A stretch of 64,000 nt of DNA, from assembly GCA_964016885.1 (NCBI GenBank), contig CAXHJY010000988.1:1-64000 (forward strand), given 5' to 3'. The notes below the pieces were generated by a model. It ran no database searches. It worked only from the letters and a program-made list of their open reading frames with translations, and was not told the DNA's origin. The DNA is from Eledone cirrhosa (Eukaryota). Every line of letters begins with the position of its first letter. Within the stretch, counting starts at the first letter, position 1. The translations under genes were made by a program, and so were the position numbers. This document shows positions 14,660-27,736 of the stretch, piece after piece.

Positions 14660-15098
14660 TACTTTACACTGTCATTTATAGTGAAAGCGTAGTTGTTGCT
14701 GGAAATGGTGGGGGAGTCTGGCATTCATCAAGTGAGTTGGTCTCCTGATACTTAAACAACAAATTAATTGACAGCCCACCTCGAAAGAAATAATGGACAT
14801 AGTCTCAGAAAGCCACACCACATTCATACTTAACTCTGCACCTTTATAGTACCTGCATTCATTAACTACTCGTTGATGTATAAGACGACTGAAATAGTTT
14901 GCTAGCGAATACATTTGCCATTAGGTGTCTGACCGTTAGTAAGAAGATACCAAGAAATATGTTCATAGATATATTTTCCTACTGAAACAAGAGATGTATT
15001 AATGCTAGTGACATTCACACGCACACACATATACACACCCACACACATATATACACACCCACACACATATATTTATATATATATTTGACGTTAAACGA

Positions 15099-15152
<54 letters not shown>

Positions 15153-15198
15153 CCATACTCATATTATATATATATATACACACACACACACACATATA

Positions 15199-15276
15199 CA
15201 GGGTGTCCTAAAAAATGTATACACACTTCAACAGCGTTCTAATAAATATGCATATATATTTTGGGGGGACACCCTG
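15199..15276. mobile_element. Tiny Tc1/mariner-type MITE
   Basis: TA|CAGGGTGTCC...GGACACCCTG|TA inverted termini with a TA duplication. Confidence 0.8.
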
Positions 15277-15284
15277 TATATATA

Positions 15285-15467
15285 TACATTTGCTCCTGTG
15301 GGAGCCCCTACATGGACACACTAGAAGAGGAAGACCAAGGTTAACGTATGTTGATGCCCTAAGGACAGACACTGGTCTGTTGGAGACGCAGGACATGGCA
15401 GCGATAATGAGGGACAGAGACCACTGGAGAGAACTCGTCCATGGATCTCGGGAATTTTACCCACCTT

Positions 15468-15469
<2 letters not shown>
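15285..15469 (+). mobile_element. 3' fragment of a different RTE/RTE-X-like LINE
   Basis: LLLWEPLHGHTRRGRPRLTYVD...MRDRDHWRELV, a typical RTE C-terminus. Confidence 0.75.
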
Positions 15470-15510
<41 letters not shown>

Positions 15511-15591
15511 ACCATCATCTTCATCATTATCGTTTATCATTATCTTCCACTCTACCATGGGTTTAGACGGGACATATATATATTATATAGT

Positions 15592-15712
15592 AATAATTGT
15601 TTCTACTTTAGGCACAAGGCCAGCAATTGTCCCAGTACATTACTGGTACTTTATTTTATCGACCCCCGTAAGGATGAAAAGCAAAGTCAACCTCGGTGGG
15701 ATTTGAACTCAG
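15592..15712 (-). mobile_element. Nin/Deu-domain SINE fragment
   Basis: Same family as 63041-63225. Confidence 0.8.
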
Positions 15713-15916
15713 ACTATATAGTAATAATAAACGTGAAGACTAAAATCCGAAGAAGGCTCGATAAGGATTATATATATATATATATCAAATATATAAAAAC
15801 CATAGAGTTTCAGAAGATCTAGTTAAGGGTGAAAGCAGCGATTCTTTGCTTAAACTTTAATCTGTTATTTTGATAAATATATATTATTTATATATATAAT
15901 AAACATATATATATAG

Positions 15917-15957
<41 letters not shown>

Positions 15958-15977
15958 CACCCATCCATATATATATA

Positions 15978-17577
15978 TTGTGATATTTGGAGTGGGTCAT
16001 ATTGTTATAATATTGCCAGAAATAATAATAAAACACACTCACTGTTTGGTTTGGATTGGTTTTCGCTTCTGTATATTTTATATCCCTATACTTAATTTAG
16101 CTGGCAACCAATGTTTATCATTGATTGACCCACAGTTAAAAATATACATATAAATATATATATATATATATATAGTCTATCAAAGTTCTTTCATCACACA
16201 CCTGTGACATCTTCAGTGCTACTATTATGTTTCCTCCCATTGTATTGTAATATCTATTCCATTTTTATTTTTATTTATTCTTGCCTCTGTTTGCTCATGC
16301 GTTTGTGTGTGTTTATATTCTATCTTTGTTCACTAGTGTGTGTTTATGTGTGGTTGTTGTTATTGTACCTTGTATATTTATCTATTTATTTATATTTATC
16401 TTAGGTCAGTATTGTGTGTTTGTGTATGGTTGTTATTGTTATTCTATTCATTTTTTTTCTGTTCAACTTTGGTTTTCTTAGTTCTATTTCAGTTGCTTCT
16501 CTGATTTGTCTACCTGTTGAGTCATTTCTATGTTTAGATATTATTTTAAATTCTATGTTGTCTATATTACCATCATATCTTTGTCTGGTGTGTTCATATA
16601 GTAGCAAACCGTCTTTTTGTCCTTTTAATTCTCCCCAGTGCTGGTCTATCCTTTCTCCTATGCTTCGAGCTGTCTCACCTATGTATGTCATTGTCATGTT
16701 TCTGCAAGTACCCTCTGTACATCTTATGCTATAGACTACATTTTTAGTTTTACAATTTACATTTCTTATAAGTACAGTGGGTTTTGTTAAAGGGGTATGT
16801 TTTGCTGATTAGGGATTTTATGGTAGTTCCTGGCTTTTCTACCACTTTAATCTTTAAATGGGTCTTTCTTAGGGCCTTTCTACATTGGTTAGCTAATTTC
16901 CCTCCAGGGGTTGCATCCATGAACATGACACTCTGGTATCTCTGGTTGTCGTATCATGAGGTGGCTTTCCCTATTTTATGTTTAGTCCTATCTAAGCTAT
17001 TCCATGATTTGCTCCTGTACAATGGGCAAATCCCTTTCATGTCCATCTCTATGAGGGTCTTATATTTCTCCGTGGCTCCTTTGTACACCCTGATTCTGTC
17101 TCTTTGGTTGTAGCCAGAGAACTGCATGCAATTGATGAAGTGTTGGATGTGTCTTTCCATTTTAGTTGGATAGCACATGCGGGACACATTCTTCATCACT
17201 CTTACCAAGTCTGCAATCAGAATATTAAACTTAGCACTATTGCTGAGTTTTTGAGTATAAGGGATTTGGAGGCCATGGGTTTAGCATAATGTGAGTGGAG
17301 AATTTGTGTTTTCTCATTTATAGTGTACAACCAGAGTTCAGTGTCTAATACTGGTAGTCTATTGTTAGGGTGTTTGGAAGGGCAGTCAATAGTTACTGTG
17401 ATGCTCTGGTGTATGGAATTAGCTATCTGCTGGCTGCTCTCCATGGTGTTAGTTTCTAATTCGGGTTTATTGGTACTCTCTTGTGGGGGTGTTCTTATTA
17501 TCATATTAATATCGTCTATGTAATGAGAGTACATGACAAGGGATATGGAGTTCTTTTCTAGGAGTTCTCTGAGTCTA
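15978..17577 (-). mobile_element. Penelope-like element remnant (RT C-terminal half, GIY-YIG, 3' pLTR), frameshifted
   Basis: YIDDINMI, LPVLDT, HYAKPMASK; KNVVYSIRC...YIGETARSIGERIDQH...REATEIELRKPKLNRK; degenerate hammerhead at ~16181-16218. Confidence 0.88.
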
Positions 17578-17834
17578 TATATGGTTTCTACAGGACTAGA
17601 ACTGTTTCATTATAAAGATGCTTATACTCTACCAACATATAGAGTACCTTTTCTAACTGTGGTCACTTCCTGATACCCATTGGGAATCCCCCCATAACTA
17701 TATATATATATATTTGTTTTTGCCAAAAATAAGTGACATAGCCACTACTTTAAAACTCATAGAGAATGGCCTTCTAAATGTTTTTAATTAAACATACGGT
17801 ATATTGCCAAATATACTATACATGCATTCATATA

Positions 17835-18218
17835 TCATCATCATCATCATCATCATCATTTTACGTCCGCTTTTTCCCTGCTCGCAAGGGTGGGACAGGA
17901 ACTAATTCTGGCTTGATTTCTACAGCTGGATGCCTTTCCTAACACCAACCTCATTTACAGTGAGTGCTGGGTGCTTTTTTTTCCATGGCACCTCCACGTC
18001 CACTTTACAGTGTGGGCTGGGTGCTTTTTTGCCGTGGCACCTCCACGACCACTTTGCAGTAGAATGATAGGGACCCCAGTCCCTATCATCTCATTTCTAC
18101 AGCTGAGTAAACTGGAGCAATGTGAAATAAAGTGTCTTGCTCAAGGACACAACACATCATCCGGTCTGAGAATTGAACTCACAATCTGACGATTGTAAAC
18201 CTAGTACTCTAACTACTA
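17835..18218 (-). mobile_element. CORE-type SINE with RTE tail
   Basis: Reverse complement of the family at 7954-8296. Confidence 0.9.
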
Positions 18219-18561
18219 ATATATAGCATGGAAAGTGGACGTTAAACGAGGATGATGATGATGGTGATGATGATATATATATATATATATATTTATTATC
18301 ATTTATTATCATTTATTATCATTTTTATCATTTTTTATCATTTATTTTGTTTTGACCTGTTTAGCTTGATTTGGTTTTTGGCTTGGGTGGTTAATGCCTT
18401 CTTGACCACCTTTTCAGTTTTGTATGGCTTCTTAACACATTGTTTAGCTCTGGTTTTTAACTATTGAGCACTTTGCCAGTATCATTTCTGATTTTTGCGT
18501 TTCGCTTCGCTTTTTTCTGCCCGGCGAAAATGCGATTCTCGCTGAATCTTTATTTGTATAT

Positions 18562-18629
<68 letters not shown>

Positions 18630-18638
<9 letters not shown>

Positions 18639-18750
18639 AACAAGGAACTTTCGTTTGCATATGAAAATTATTTATTGATACTGCTGGAGTCGGGTCGATA
18701 CGCAATGAATATTTTTCATATGTAAACAAAACTTGCTCGTTTTTTCTATT
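18630..18750. repeat. Degenerate fold-back (inverted repeat) next to (TA)n
   Basis: TAGAAAAAACAAG...TTTGCATATGAAAAT versus ATTTTTCATATGTAAA...CGTTTTTTCTA. Confidence 0.6.
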
Positions 18751-18822
18751 ATATACACTCTGCCTGTGTATAGAGAGCTTGATTTGGTAGCAACACCAGT
18801 ATTTCACTGTACTACCTACACT

Positions 18823-21190
18823 ATCATCATCATTATCATCATTTTACGTCCGTTTTTCCCTGCTTACAAGGATGGGACGGATCTTATTCAGCACAGAGAG
18901 ATCTCCACTCGTCACGGTCCTTCGTCATCTCCACCGTGAGCTTCAATGATCTAAGGTCTGTTTTCACCACCTTCGCCCATGTTTTTCGTGGTCTACCTCT
19001 ACGTCTTCCTTCAACTGGCATTTCCTGGCCCTTCTTCACCCATCGGTCATCCTCCATGTGCATCACATGTCCATACCACCTCAGTCTCCTCTCCTGTACA
19101 CTACATTCTATCCCTCTCAGACACAGTTTCTCTCTCAACACATTTATGCTGGGTCGTTCACGCACATTTACACTGCACATCCAATGGAGCATGCTTGCCT
19201 AATTTCTCTCCAGCCGTCGCATATCCTCTGCAGTTGCTGCCCATGTCTCACAACCATGCAGCATCGCGCTCCTCACACAGGCATCATACAACCAACTTTT
19301 CGTATGCAGGGGGAAACCCTTCTTCGTCAACAGAGGAAGCATCTCCCTAAACTTCTTCCAATCCGTCCTTATTCTAGATACTATGGCCTTGGAACACCCT
19401 CCTCCCATGCTAATCTGATCTCCTAGGTACCGGAAGCTATCCACCACTTCTATAGCGCCCTCCTGCATCTGAAAATGTGTCTATCAATGCGACTTCTACT
19501 GTCTAATTTCCCTGTACATCTGCTGCATACATATTTCTCCCTACCTGTTAGTTTGCCTGCTATCCAGCTACATCTCTTGTGTACCCAGGATCTGCATTGT
19601 GTGCATTTTATAGAATTTATGCCAGTTCCTTTTCTGCATATCGAACATGGCCATTTCCCTGACGGAATCAGGGTTTTGTCCTCTTTTCTACTCATCAACA
19701 CTTTTGTCTTAGCTAGATTCACTCTCAGTCCTCTTGCTTCCAACTGCTGTTTCCATAGCCAGAATTTATTCTCTATCTCCTCTACTGATTCTGCTATAAG
19801 AACCAGATTGTCAGCATAGAGAAGTTCCCATGGACAGCCAGTCTTAAACTCCTCTGTTATGGCTTGGAGGACTATAATGAAAAAAAGCGGGCTGAGGACC
19901 GAACCTTGATGTACTCCTACTTGTATCTGGAATTCCTCACTAAACTCCATTCCTACCCTGACTTTACTGAGAGTACCTCTGTACAAAGTTTGCACTGTCC
20001 TCACAAGCCATTCCTCAACACCTAGCTTCCTTAGGGACCACCAGATCACAGATCGGGGTACCCTATCAAAGGCCTTCTCTAGGTCAACAAAGGCTAAGTA
20101 TAGTGGCTTATTTTTCTCTAAGAACCTCTCTTGCAATTGTCTCACCAAGAAGAGGGCATCTGTTGTACTCTTCCCAGGCACAAAACCAAACTGCATCTCA
20201 TCTAGTTTGACCCTTTCTCTAATTAGTTCTGCTAATATCCTTTCTGCCACTTTCATAACCTGATCCATCAGTTTTATACCCCTATAATTGCTCCTCTCCA
20301 GAGCATCCTCTTTACCTTTGTAGCAATTTATGAGAATACTACTGCACCAGTCTTTGGGTATGACACCACCATATATAGCTTGATTGATGATGCGTGCAAC
20401 CAGTTTAGTGCCTACGTCCCCTGATGCCTTCAGCATCTCAGCAACTATTTCCGATGGTCCAGCAGCCTTACCATTTTTCATTTCCCTAATCGCCTCTTGG
20501 ACCCTATATTCGCCAATCTCAATAGCTGATCCCTCTGTCGGATCTACTAAGGGTAATTTCTCTCTCTCCCATTCGTTGTCCACATTCATCAGTCTCTCAT
20601 AATGACATTTCCAGGCCTCCTTTTTCTGATCATTCGTGACACTAAGTACACCGGCATCATCCCGGACACATTTATCTCCAACAACATCCTGATTTGCATT
20701 GACACACTGCCTTGCAATGTGGGACACCGCACGCCTCTGATCTTCCCGTCGCAGAACATTGGCAAACCTCCTACTCTCCGCCTCCCTGCGTGCTAAGTAC
20801 ACCTGACGTCTAGCTTCTCTCTTAGTGGCTGTATATTCTTCCCTACTCCCACCCTTTTTCCAAGCCTTCCATCCTAGTCTTTTGTCTCTAATGGCCTTAT
20901 CTACTGTGCTGTTCCACCACCAGGTCACTCTCTGTCTGGTTGGAGCTCTGCTCCAGCCATAAGTTTCATCAGTAGCCTGCAGCAAGTTGTCACGTAAGAA
21001 ATTCCAGTTATTATCTATGTCATACGTCTCTAAATCGACTTCTTTTTCGTCATATACATCTTGAAAGGCTTTCCTAAATTTGTATTTTAGTGAAAGGTCT
21101 TTTAGCTTCCAGACCTTTCTTCTCCACACCTTCCTGTATGTCTCATTCCATCTCTTGCTTACTGAGATATCTGAGATATCACTAACGATA
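18823..21190 (-). mobile_element. RTE LINE subfamily 2, 5'-truncated, frameshifted and with nonsense codons; YADD mutated to YADN
   Basis: ORF fragments 19450-21258, 19199-19468 and 18884-19192; short 3' UTR and (GAT)n tail. Confidence 0.93.
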
Positions 21191-21368
21191 TATATATATA
21201 ATATATGCACACACACATACATATATATGTGAGCATGTGTATGTATGTGTGTGTGCAATAAAAATCAATAAAAAGGAACTCAATACATTGAGTATAGAGT
21301 AGGATTATAATTTAAATTATTATTATTATCATTATATACATACACATACAAATGTATATACATACATA

Positions 21369-22543
21369 TAAAGGGTCTCAAAGTCAACATGACAAAGACT
21401 AAGGTCCTTGTAAGTAGACGAGAAAACAGAACCCAGATCCCCTCAGGGAAATGGCCTTGCTCAGTATGTAGGAAAGGTGTAGGTAGCAACTCCATTCTCT
21501 GCCCCAAATGCAAACAATGGGTACACAAGAGATGTAGCGGGATCTCAGGAAGCTTAATTAAGAATGTAGGCTTCACATGCAGCAGCTGTACTGGGACAGC
21601 AAGCAGCAAACATCCACAGGAAACAAGTACCACCAATCTCTGGGAGGGCTCTGTAGAAACAATAGACAGCTTCTGCTACCTAGGTGACCGAATTAGCAGC
21701 GGAGGTGGGTGTTCGGAAAGTACAATAACTAGGGTAAGAACGAGATAGAAGAAGTTTAGGGAACTACTACCACTGCTAGCTGCAAAAGGCTTCTCCCTCA
21801 GAATGAAAGGCAGACTGTATGATGCGTGTATCCGAAAAGCAATGTTGCATGGTAGTGAGACCTGGGCGCTGAAGGTGGAAGACTTACGTAGATTAGAGAG
21901 AAACGAAGCCTGCATGCTCCGATGGATGTGTAACAGTAATATATGTGAACGACAAAGCATAATTGAATTGAGAGAGAGACTGAGCATAAGAGGAATCAAA
22001 TGCTGTGTGCAGGAGAGGCGGTTGCGCTGGTATAGACATGTGATGCATATGAAGGATGACAGCTGCATAAAAAGGTGCAGAGCACTAGAAGTCGATGGAA
22101 ACCGCGGAGTGGGGAGACCCAAGATGACCTGGGATGAGGTGATAAAAGCCGACCTTACCCAATTACACCTCTCAAAGGACACACGACCGTGACCTCTGGC
22201 GTCACGCAGTAATACAGAGTACCCGACCTCCCATGGGTACAAGCTGAAGCATATAGACAATATGCCCCCCACCACCCACCCACCGCAAGGTGGCCGTGGA
22301 GGTGCCACGGCAAAAAAGCACCTAGCCCATACTGTAAAGTGGACGTGTAGGCACCACGAAAAAGCACCCAGCACTCACTGTAAATGAGGTTGGTGTTAGG
22401 AAGGGCATCCAGCTGTAGAAACCAAGCCAAATCAGTTCCTGTATGAGCAAGGCATGGTCAGCCGACCAGACACTGCCCACAACAGGACAACCCGTCTAAC
22501 CCATGCTAGCGTGGAAGAACGGATGTAAAACGGTGATGATGAT
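21369..22543 (+). mobile_element. RTE LINE subfamily 3, 3' fragment
   Basis: KTKVL...PHD-like finger...FCYLG...RRLRWY; 3' UTR and GATGAT tail. Confidence 0.92.
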
Positions 22544-22742
22544 ATGGATATACACACATTTGTATCCATATATAGAAGTGGTAACTAGCTGAAATCACTG
22601 AGTTCAAGGTAGATCCTCTTCTTCCACTAATATACCGACTCTACATCTTACCATGTATTGAACACTTCTTTCATTTGTGGTCTTCCCAGTCCCTGTACTT
22701 CAGACTATCAACATACATATGTATATATATTTTCATACATCT

Positions 22743-22960
22743 TTAACCCTTTAGCATTCACATTACTCTATATATACTATTATATTTTCATGGTAAAGGC
22801 TTTACCTCACATAATTACCTCACATAATATCAAATCTATGAGATTTTGAAAGTATTTATTTTGAGAACAATACCTTAACATCAGTATGAGTGGCCAGTTA
22901 CAGCCAGTTTCAACAGAAAGAGGTAGAGAATTTTGGCTGGTTTGAACACTAAAAGGTTAA
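22743..22960. mobile_element. piggyBac-type MITE (family P1)
   Basis: TTAA|CCCTTTAGCATT...CACTAAAAGG|TTAA; relatives at 26484, 30869, 46910, 48100 and 51043. Confidence 0.85.
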
Positions 22961-23146
22961 CTCTGTTTCATATTAAATAATTTAATTTTTGTTCTAACTA
23001 GATTATATCTAGGGAGTGTAAAGTGCAGTTACTGCGGGTTCACCCAAGTGAGTACTCAATACGTAGTTTCCAGTCTGTAATGATGTGTATAACTAACCAG
23101 AGTGTAAATAATAATAAAAGGACGATTTATGTCTTCATTACGTTTG

Positions 23147-23240
23147 AGTAGTGAGATGCATTTCGCTATTGATCAGCTCAAGGTTCGATCTCTATTGATC
23201 TGGCTCGACTCTGCAATCAAAAGCTCATCGGACCTCTGCT
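23147..23240 (-). ncRNA. Hammerhead motif with a long stem II in an inverted pLTR-like region
   Basis: Reverse complement AGCAGAGGT-CCGATGA-GCTTTTGATT...GATCAATAGC-GAAA-TGCA-TC-TCACTACT. Confidence 0.6.
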
Positions 23241-23621
23241 GTTGTAATGACAGAATGAACATATAGAGCGTAGAGATGTCTTTAACAGTTCACATTCATT
23301 TATGGTGGTCAGATCCTCTTGTTTTGATTGGTGGTTTTGCTATGAGGAATATTTTGGTATGTGTGATAGGTGGGGGGGGGGGGATTATAATGAAGAGGTG
23401 GTGGTGGGGAGAGATGGTTGGTGTGAGTGGCGGGGGATGTAGTGTTTTGGCTTTTCATAGACATTGTGGCGTGTATGTGGTGAGGCGAAGGTGCTGGGTG
23501 TAGATGTGGTTGTGGGTTATGTGTGATGGGAGAAGAAAGAGTTTGGGGTTTGTATAAAAAAGATATATAACCATAAAAGGTTTTATTATATACATAACCA
23601 TAAATAGTTTCCTTAATACTA

Positions 23622-23678
<57 letters not shown>

Positions 23679-23826
23679 TATTAGTATTAAGGAAACTATT
23701 TATGGTTATGTATATAATAAAACCTTTTTTCGGCTCTGTTTAACTACATTGAGCTATACCTTTTACTGTCATTTCTATAATACGAAGAGGGTGTTTAACT
23801 CCAACACGCTCCAGTATTTTAACCCT

Positions 23827-23861
<35 letters not shown>

Positions 23862-23866
<5 letters not shown>

Positions 23867-24680
23867 GACAAACATTCCTTTTAACCTAGCAAGAAGAATT
23901 TGTACAATTGTCTCCAATTATGAAACGCAAAATAAAAGACTTCAAGAATTAAAGGAAATTCTACTCAAAAGACAGTACCCACCATTACTAATAAATAATG
24001 GAATAGAAAGAGCTAAAGCAATAGGCATTGATGAATTACAAAAACAGAAACAAATTCAAGGTACGTCCAATATTCTATCATATATCTCAACACACAACCC
24101 AAGAAATTTGGAAGCTTACAACACTATTCACAAGAACATCCCACTACTGAAACAAGACCCAAGAATGAAAAAAGCCCTTGAAGCACACAAAATAATCAAA
24201 AGCAAAAGACAACCGAAATCACTGAAAACATTACTCACCAATGCCAAATTACCTACCACAAACCCACAACCAACTGTCAAAAAATGTGGTCGCTCTAATT
24301 GTGGAACCTGCACTCACCTCATTGAAGGCAACATGTACACATTTCAATCAGGACAAAATTTTGCTGTAAAAAATCACTTCACTTGCTCATCAAAAAATCT
24401 ACTTTATGCCATTAAATGTAAAGGATGCAATGAAGATTATATAGGACAAACTAAACTCACACTCAGAAACAGAATGACAGTTCATCGCCAACAATTACGA
24501 GATCCAACCACGAGACACATACCACTAAGCGCACATCTAGACATATGCGCAAGTAATAAGACACCCAAATTCCAAGACTTCCCATTTTACCTTTGCGCTG
24601 ACAATACAACAGAACAAATACGAATAAATAAGGAAAATATGTTTATTCAAAAATATAGACCAGCATTAAATATGGTTTAA
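23862..24680 (+). CDS. Penelope-like (Neptune-type) ORF 3' part: RT thumb, Cys linker and GIY-YIG endonuclease; 5'-truncated at (TA)n
   Basis: NIPFNLARRICTIVS, KCGRSNCGTC, CSSKNLLYAIKCKGCNEDYIGQT...RNRMTVHRQ, KENMFIQKYRPALN. Confidence 0.9.
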
Positions 24681-25123
24681 TATACATTATGTCAACACCA
24701 TAACATGCTAACCATCCAAACAGACACATACACACACACACACATAACACCTTCTACTTTAGAAAATAAAAACCCGAACTAAATAAACCTTAACATACGT
24801 TTGCGCTGACAATACAACAGAACAAATACAAATAAGTAAGGAAAATATGTTCATTCAAAAATATTCCTACTAACGGAATCATTTTCCTACACACACACAC
24901 ACACACACAATAACATCTTAACATAACACCCCCCCCCCCCACACACACACAACTCCCTCCCCATTTCTACTAATAGAATCACTTTCCTACACACATATAC
25001 ACACACACAAAAAATATATATATTTTCTCCATCTTAACATACTCCCACACACACATAACACCCACATACACAACTCCCTCCCGCATTTCTACTAATAGAA
25101 TCATCTTCCTACACACACACGCG

Positions 25124-25166
<43 letters not shown>

Positions 25167-25835
25167 GCACACAAATAAACATCTTTACTTTCTTTATTTC
25201 AATAAAAAATCTGAATTCTGACACCCCAGCGAACCAACCATATTCACTGAACCAGAACAATTCCCCCATCCCATTTCCCTTGACCATTATCTTTTGCTTG
25301 TCATAAAATTCTCTAAAAGGCTACAAAATAAATTCCCAAATATGGGTGCAAAATTGAATGAATTTGTTCACGTGACAGTCATAATTTCATTTATAACCAA
25401 TCAAATTATATTTATTAAAAAGAGCCTTCATGAGCCCCTTTTTTTTAAGTAAAAAGAAATTCAAACACTCATATATGAACCCCCCTGTTTGAAGAACTTT
25501 GTAACGCGAACTGGCACAAAATTTATTATACTTATTGATCAACCAATCAAATTACTTCTCTAAAAACCTGGCGTTTCGAGCCACTTTTTTCCATATAAAA
25601 CAAGTAACATTCAAAGACCAACCAGATGTGAGAAAAATAACAGACCCTCCATCTCAACTCACCTTTTGAAAAGCAGAAGAACTGCGAAACCAGTAAAGGA
25701 ACCAAATAAATATATATATATTTTTTTAAATAAGACTCCAGTTGCATTTTTGATTTCATCTTTTTTTCTTTATACTTTCACTCGTGTAGGACACCTCGGT
25801 TATTTTTCATTTTGTAAAAAAAACCTCACTTTCTA
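24681..25835 (+). mobile_element. 3' UTR/pLTR of the Neptune-type element
   Basis: Duplicated ORF end (24800-24864), C/A-rich UTR, and a degenerate hammerhead CCTT-TTGAAAA-GCAG(AAGAA)CTGC-GAAA-CCAG-TA-AAGG at 25662-25699. Confidence 0.65.
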
Positions 25836-26210
25836 ATATATATATATATACATATATATGGGCTTTCCTGGTGATTTCCTTTGAATTAAACTGTTCTAAT
25901 CCTGTAGAAGCCATTTCTATATTAAATATTGTATATACTCTACTATGTATTGAGTACCTTACTTACTGTGGTTGGTCACTGATTGAACCTGGGATACACA
26001 CACGTGTGTGTGTGTGCGTATGTGTGTGCACGCATGTCAAATATTAATATATATCAAATATTTATATATATTTATGCATGATAGTGTATATTAGAAAACC
26101 CGAGGGAAATTGTATGTAGATATACCTACAGTTTAAATTCTAAGCCTTGCTGTGAAAATATAAACAAATGTAAATACATTATCATTTTCATACAGAGAAA
26201 AATATTGGTA

Positions 26211-26257
26211 TTACCTTTACATGTTTCTTAGCTTATTAGCTATTCATCAAAAGACAA
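26211..26257 (-). ncRNA. Hammerhead motif (C3U decayed core)
   Basis: Reverse complement TTGTCTT-TTGATGA-ATAGCT(AATA)AGCTAA-GAAA-CATG-TA-AAGGTAA. Confidence 0.6.
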
Positions 26258-26407
26258 ATACCTACATTTTTCATCCTTGGAGAGAACTATAGCAATTTGC
26301 TATTTATACCAAACACAAAACAGAACACAACTGAAAGGACTAGTCTAATTTGCATAACATGAAACCATTTTTGAATAAATATTAAATATTTGAATAAATA
26401 TTAAATA

Positions 26408-26762
26408 TTGGCAGTATTGGTAGAGCATCAGACACCATGCTTTGTAGCATAGAGTTATAGCCCTTGACCTTCTGAGTTCAAATACTCTATATATACTATT
26501 GTATTTTCACGGTAAACACTTTATTTCACATAATTATTTCACATAATATTGAATGTACAAGATTTTGGTGTTATTTATTTTGAGAACAATACCTTAACAT
26601 CAGTATGAGCAGCCGGTTATGGCCAGTTTGAACAGAAAGAGGAGAGAGAATTCTGGCCTGATACGGCCTGTTTAAATGCTAAAGGATTAAGGGATCGATA
26701 ACATAAAGTAACAGTAATGCACTGGGGTAATTGCTGGCCTTGTGCCAAAAGTAGAAACAATT
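26408..26762 (+). mobile_element. Nin-type SINE interrupted by a piggyBac MITE P1 fragment (~26484-26689)
   Basis: SINE head TTGGCAGTATTGGTAGAGC...GAGTTCAAAT, then the MITE body ending AATGCTAAAGGATTAA, then the SINE tail GATCGATAA...GGCCTTGTGCC. Confidence 0.75.
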
Positions 26763-27060
26763 ATTTCTCATCTTTTGTTGTTGTTGTTTTTTATTTGATA
26801 TTTGATACTTTATAAGTTTTTCATCAATGATTATATATTCTTGGATGTCAGTTTTGGTTTCATTTTCGTGTTCTCTTGATAGATGATGAGTGTGGCTGGA
26901 AACTAACCGCCTACGAAAATCCTATTTTCAATGAGTCTTTACTAGTGAATTCACAGCTGTTGATTCTCTAGTTGAAGCTGTCTCAATTCAACCCTAGCAA
27001 ATGCCAACACAACAATAGTCTCAGTTTCTCATCTTTGTTAAAAAGTATTCTTAGTTTGTT

Positions 27061-27091
<31 letters not shown>

Positions 27092-27487
27092 ATAGGTAAT
27101 TGTATTTTAGGTTCATCAACTTATATTCATTGTTTTTTGACTACTTGGTTTTATTTTTTAATTTTTATTATTACTTTAAGTTTTATGCTTGATGCCATGT
27201 GTCTTGGCTTAGTGGTTAGTGAGCTGGATTTACAATTGTGAGGTTGTAAGTTCAATTCCTGGACAGGGCAATGTGTTATGTCCTTGAGCAAGACATTGTA
27301 TTTCCTGTTGCTCCTGCTGTCAGGAGTTGTGACTGGTAGAAAGACCAATGGAAACATTGTTTCCTTGGTCCGATCTGACAAGCTGCACATCACTCTGTAA
27401 ACAAATGAGGTCTGGGATCTTGTTAATTCAGATCATTTATTTTTATGCTTGATACTTTATATTTAATTATAGCATTAGTTTGTAGGG

Positions 27488-27692
27488 CACTAGTTTGGCA
27501 GAGTCATTTGGGCGTCAGACAAATGTTTAGCAGTTATATGTTTTGGTTCTTTACTTACTGGGTTCAAATCCAGCCAAGGTCAACTTTGTCTTTCATTTTT
27601 CCAGGGTTGATAAAATAAAGTACCAGTCAAGCACTGGGGTTGAATCAACCTTTCCCTCCCCCAAAAGTTGCTGGCTTTATTAGAAACAATTA
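27488..27692 (+). mobile_element. Nin-type SINE
   Basis: GGTTCAAATCC...GGTCAACTTTGTCTTTCAT...GATAAAATAAAGTACCAG. Confidence 0.8.
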
Positions 27693-27736
27693 CAGTGTTA
27701 ATCCATGGTGTTGGCTGTTTCTATTTATATTGTTTC

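Noticed and set aside
18350-18480. Lys-rich minus-strand peptide reminiscent of a histone H1 tail
   Set aside because: Short, no globular domain, compositional similarity only.
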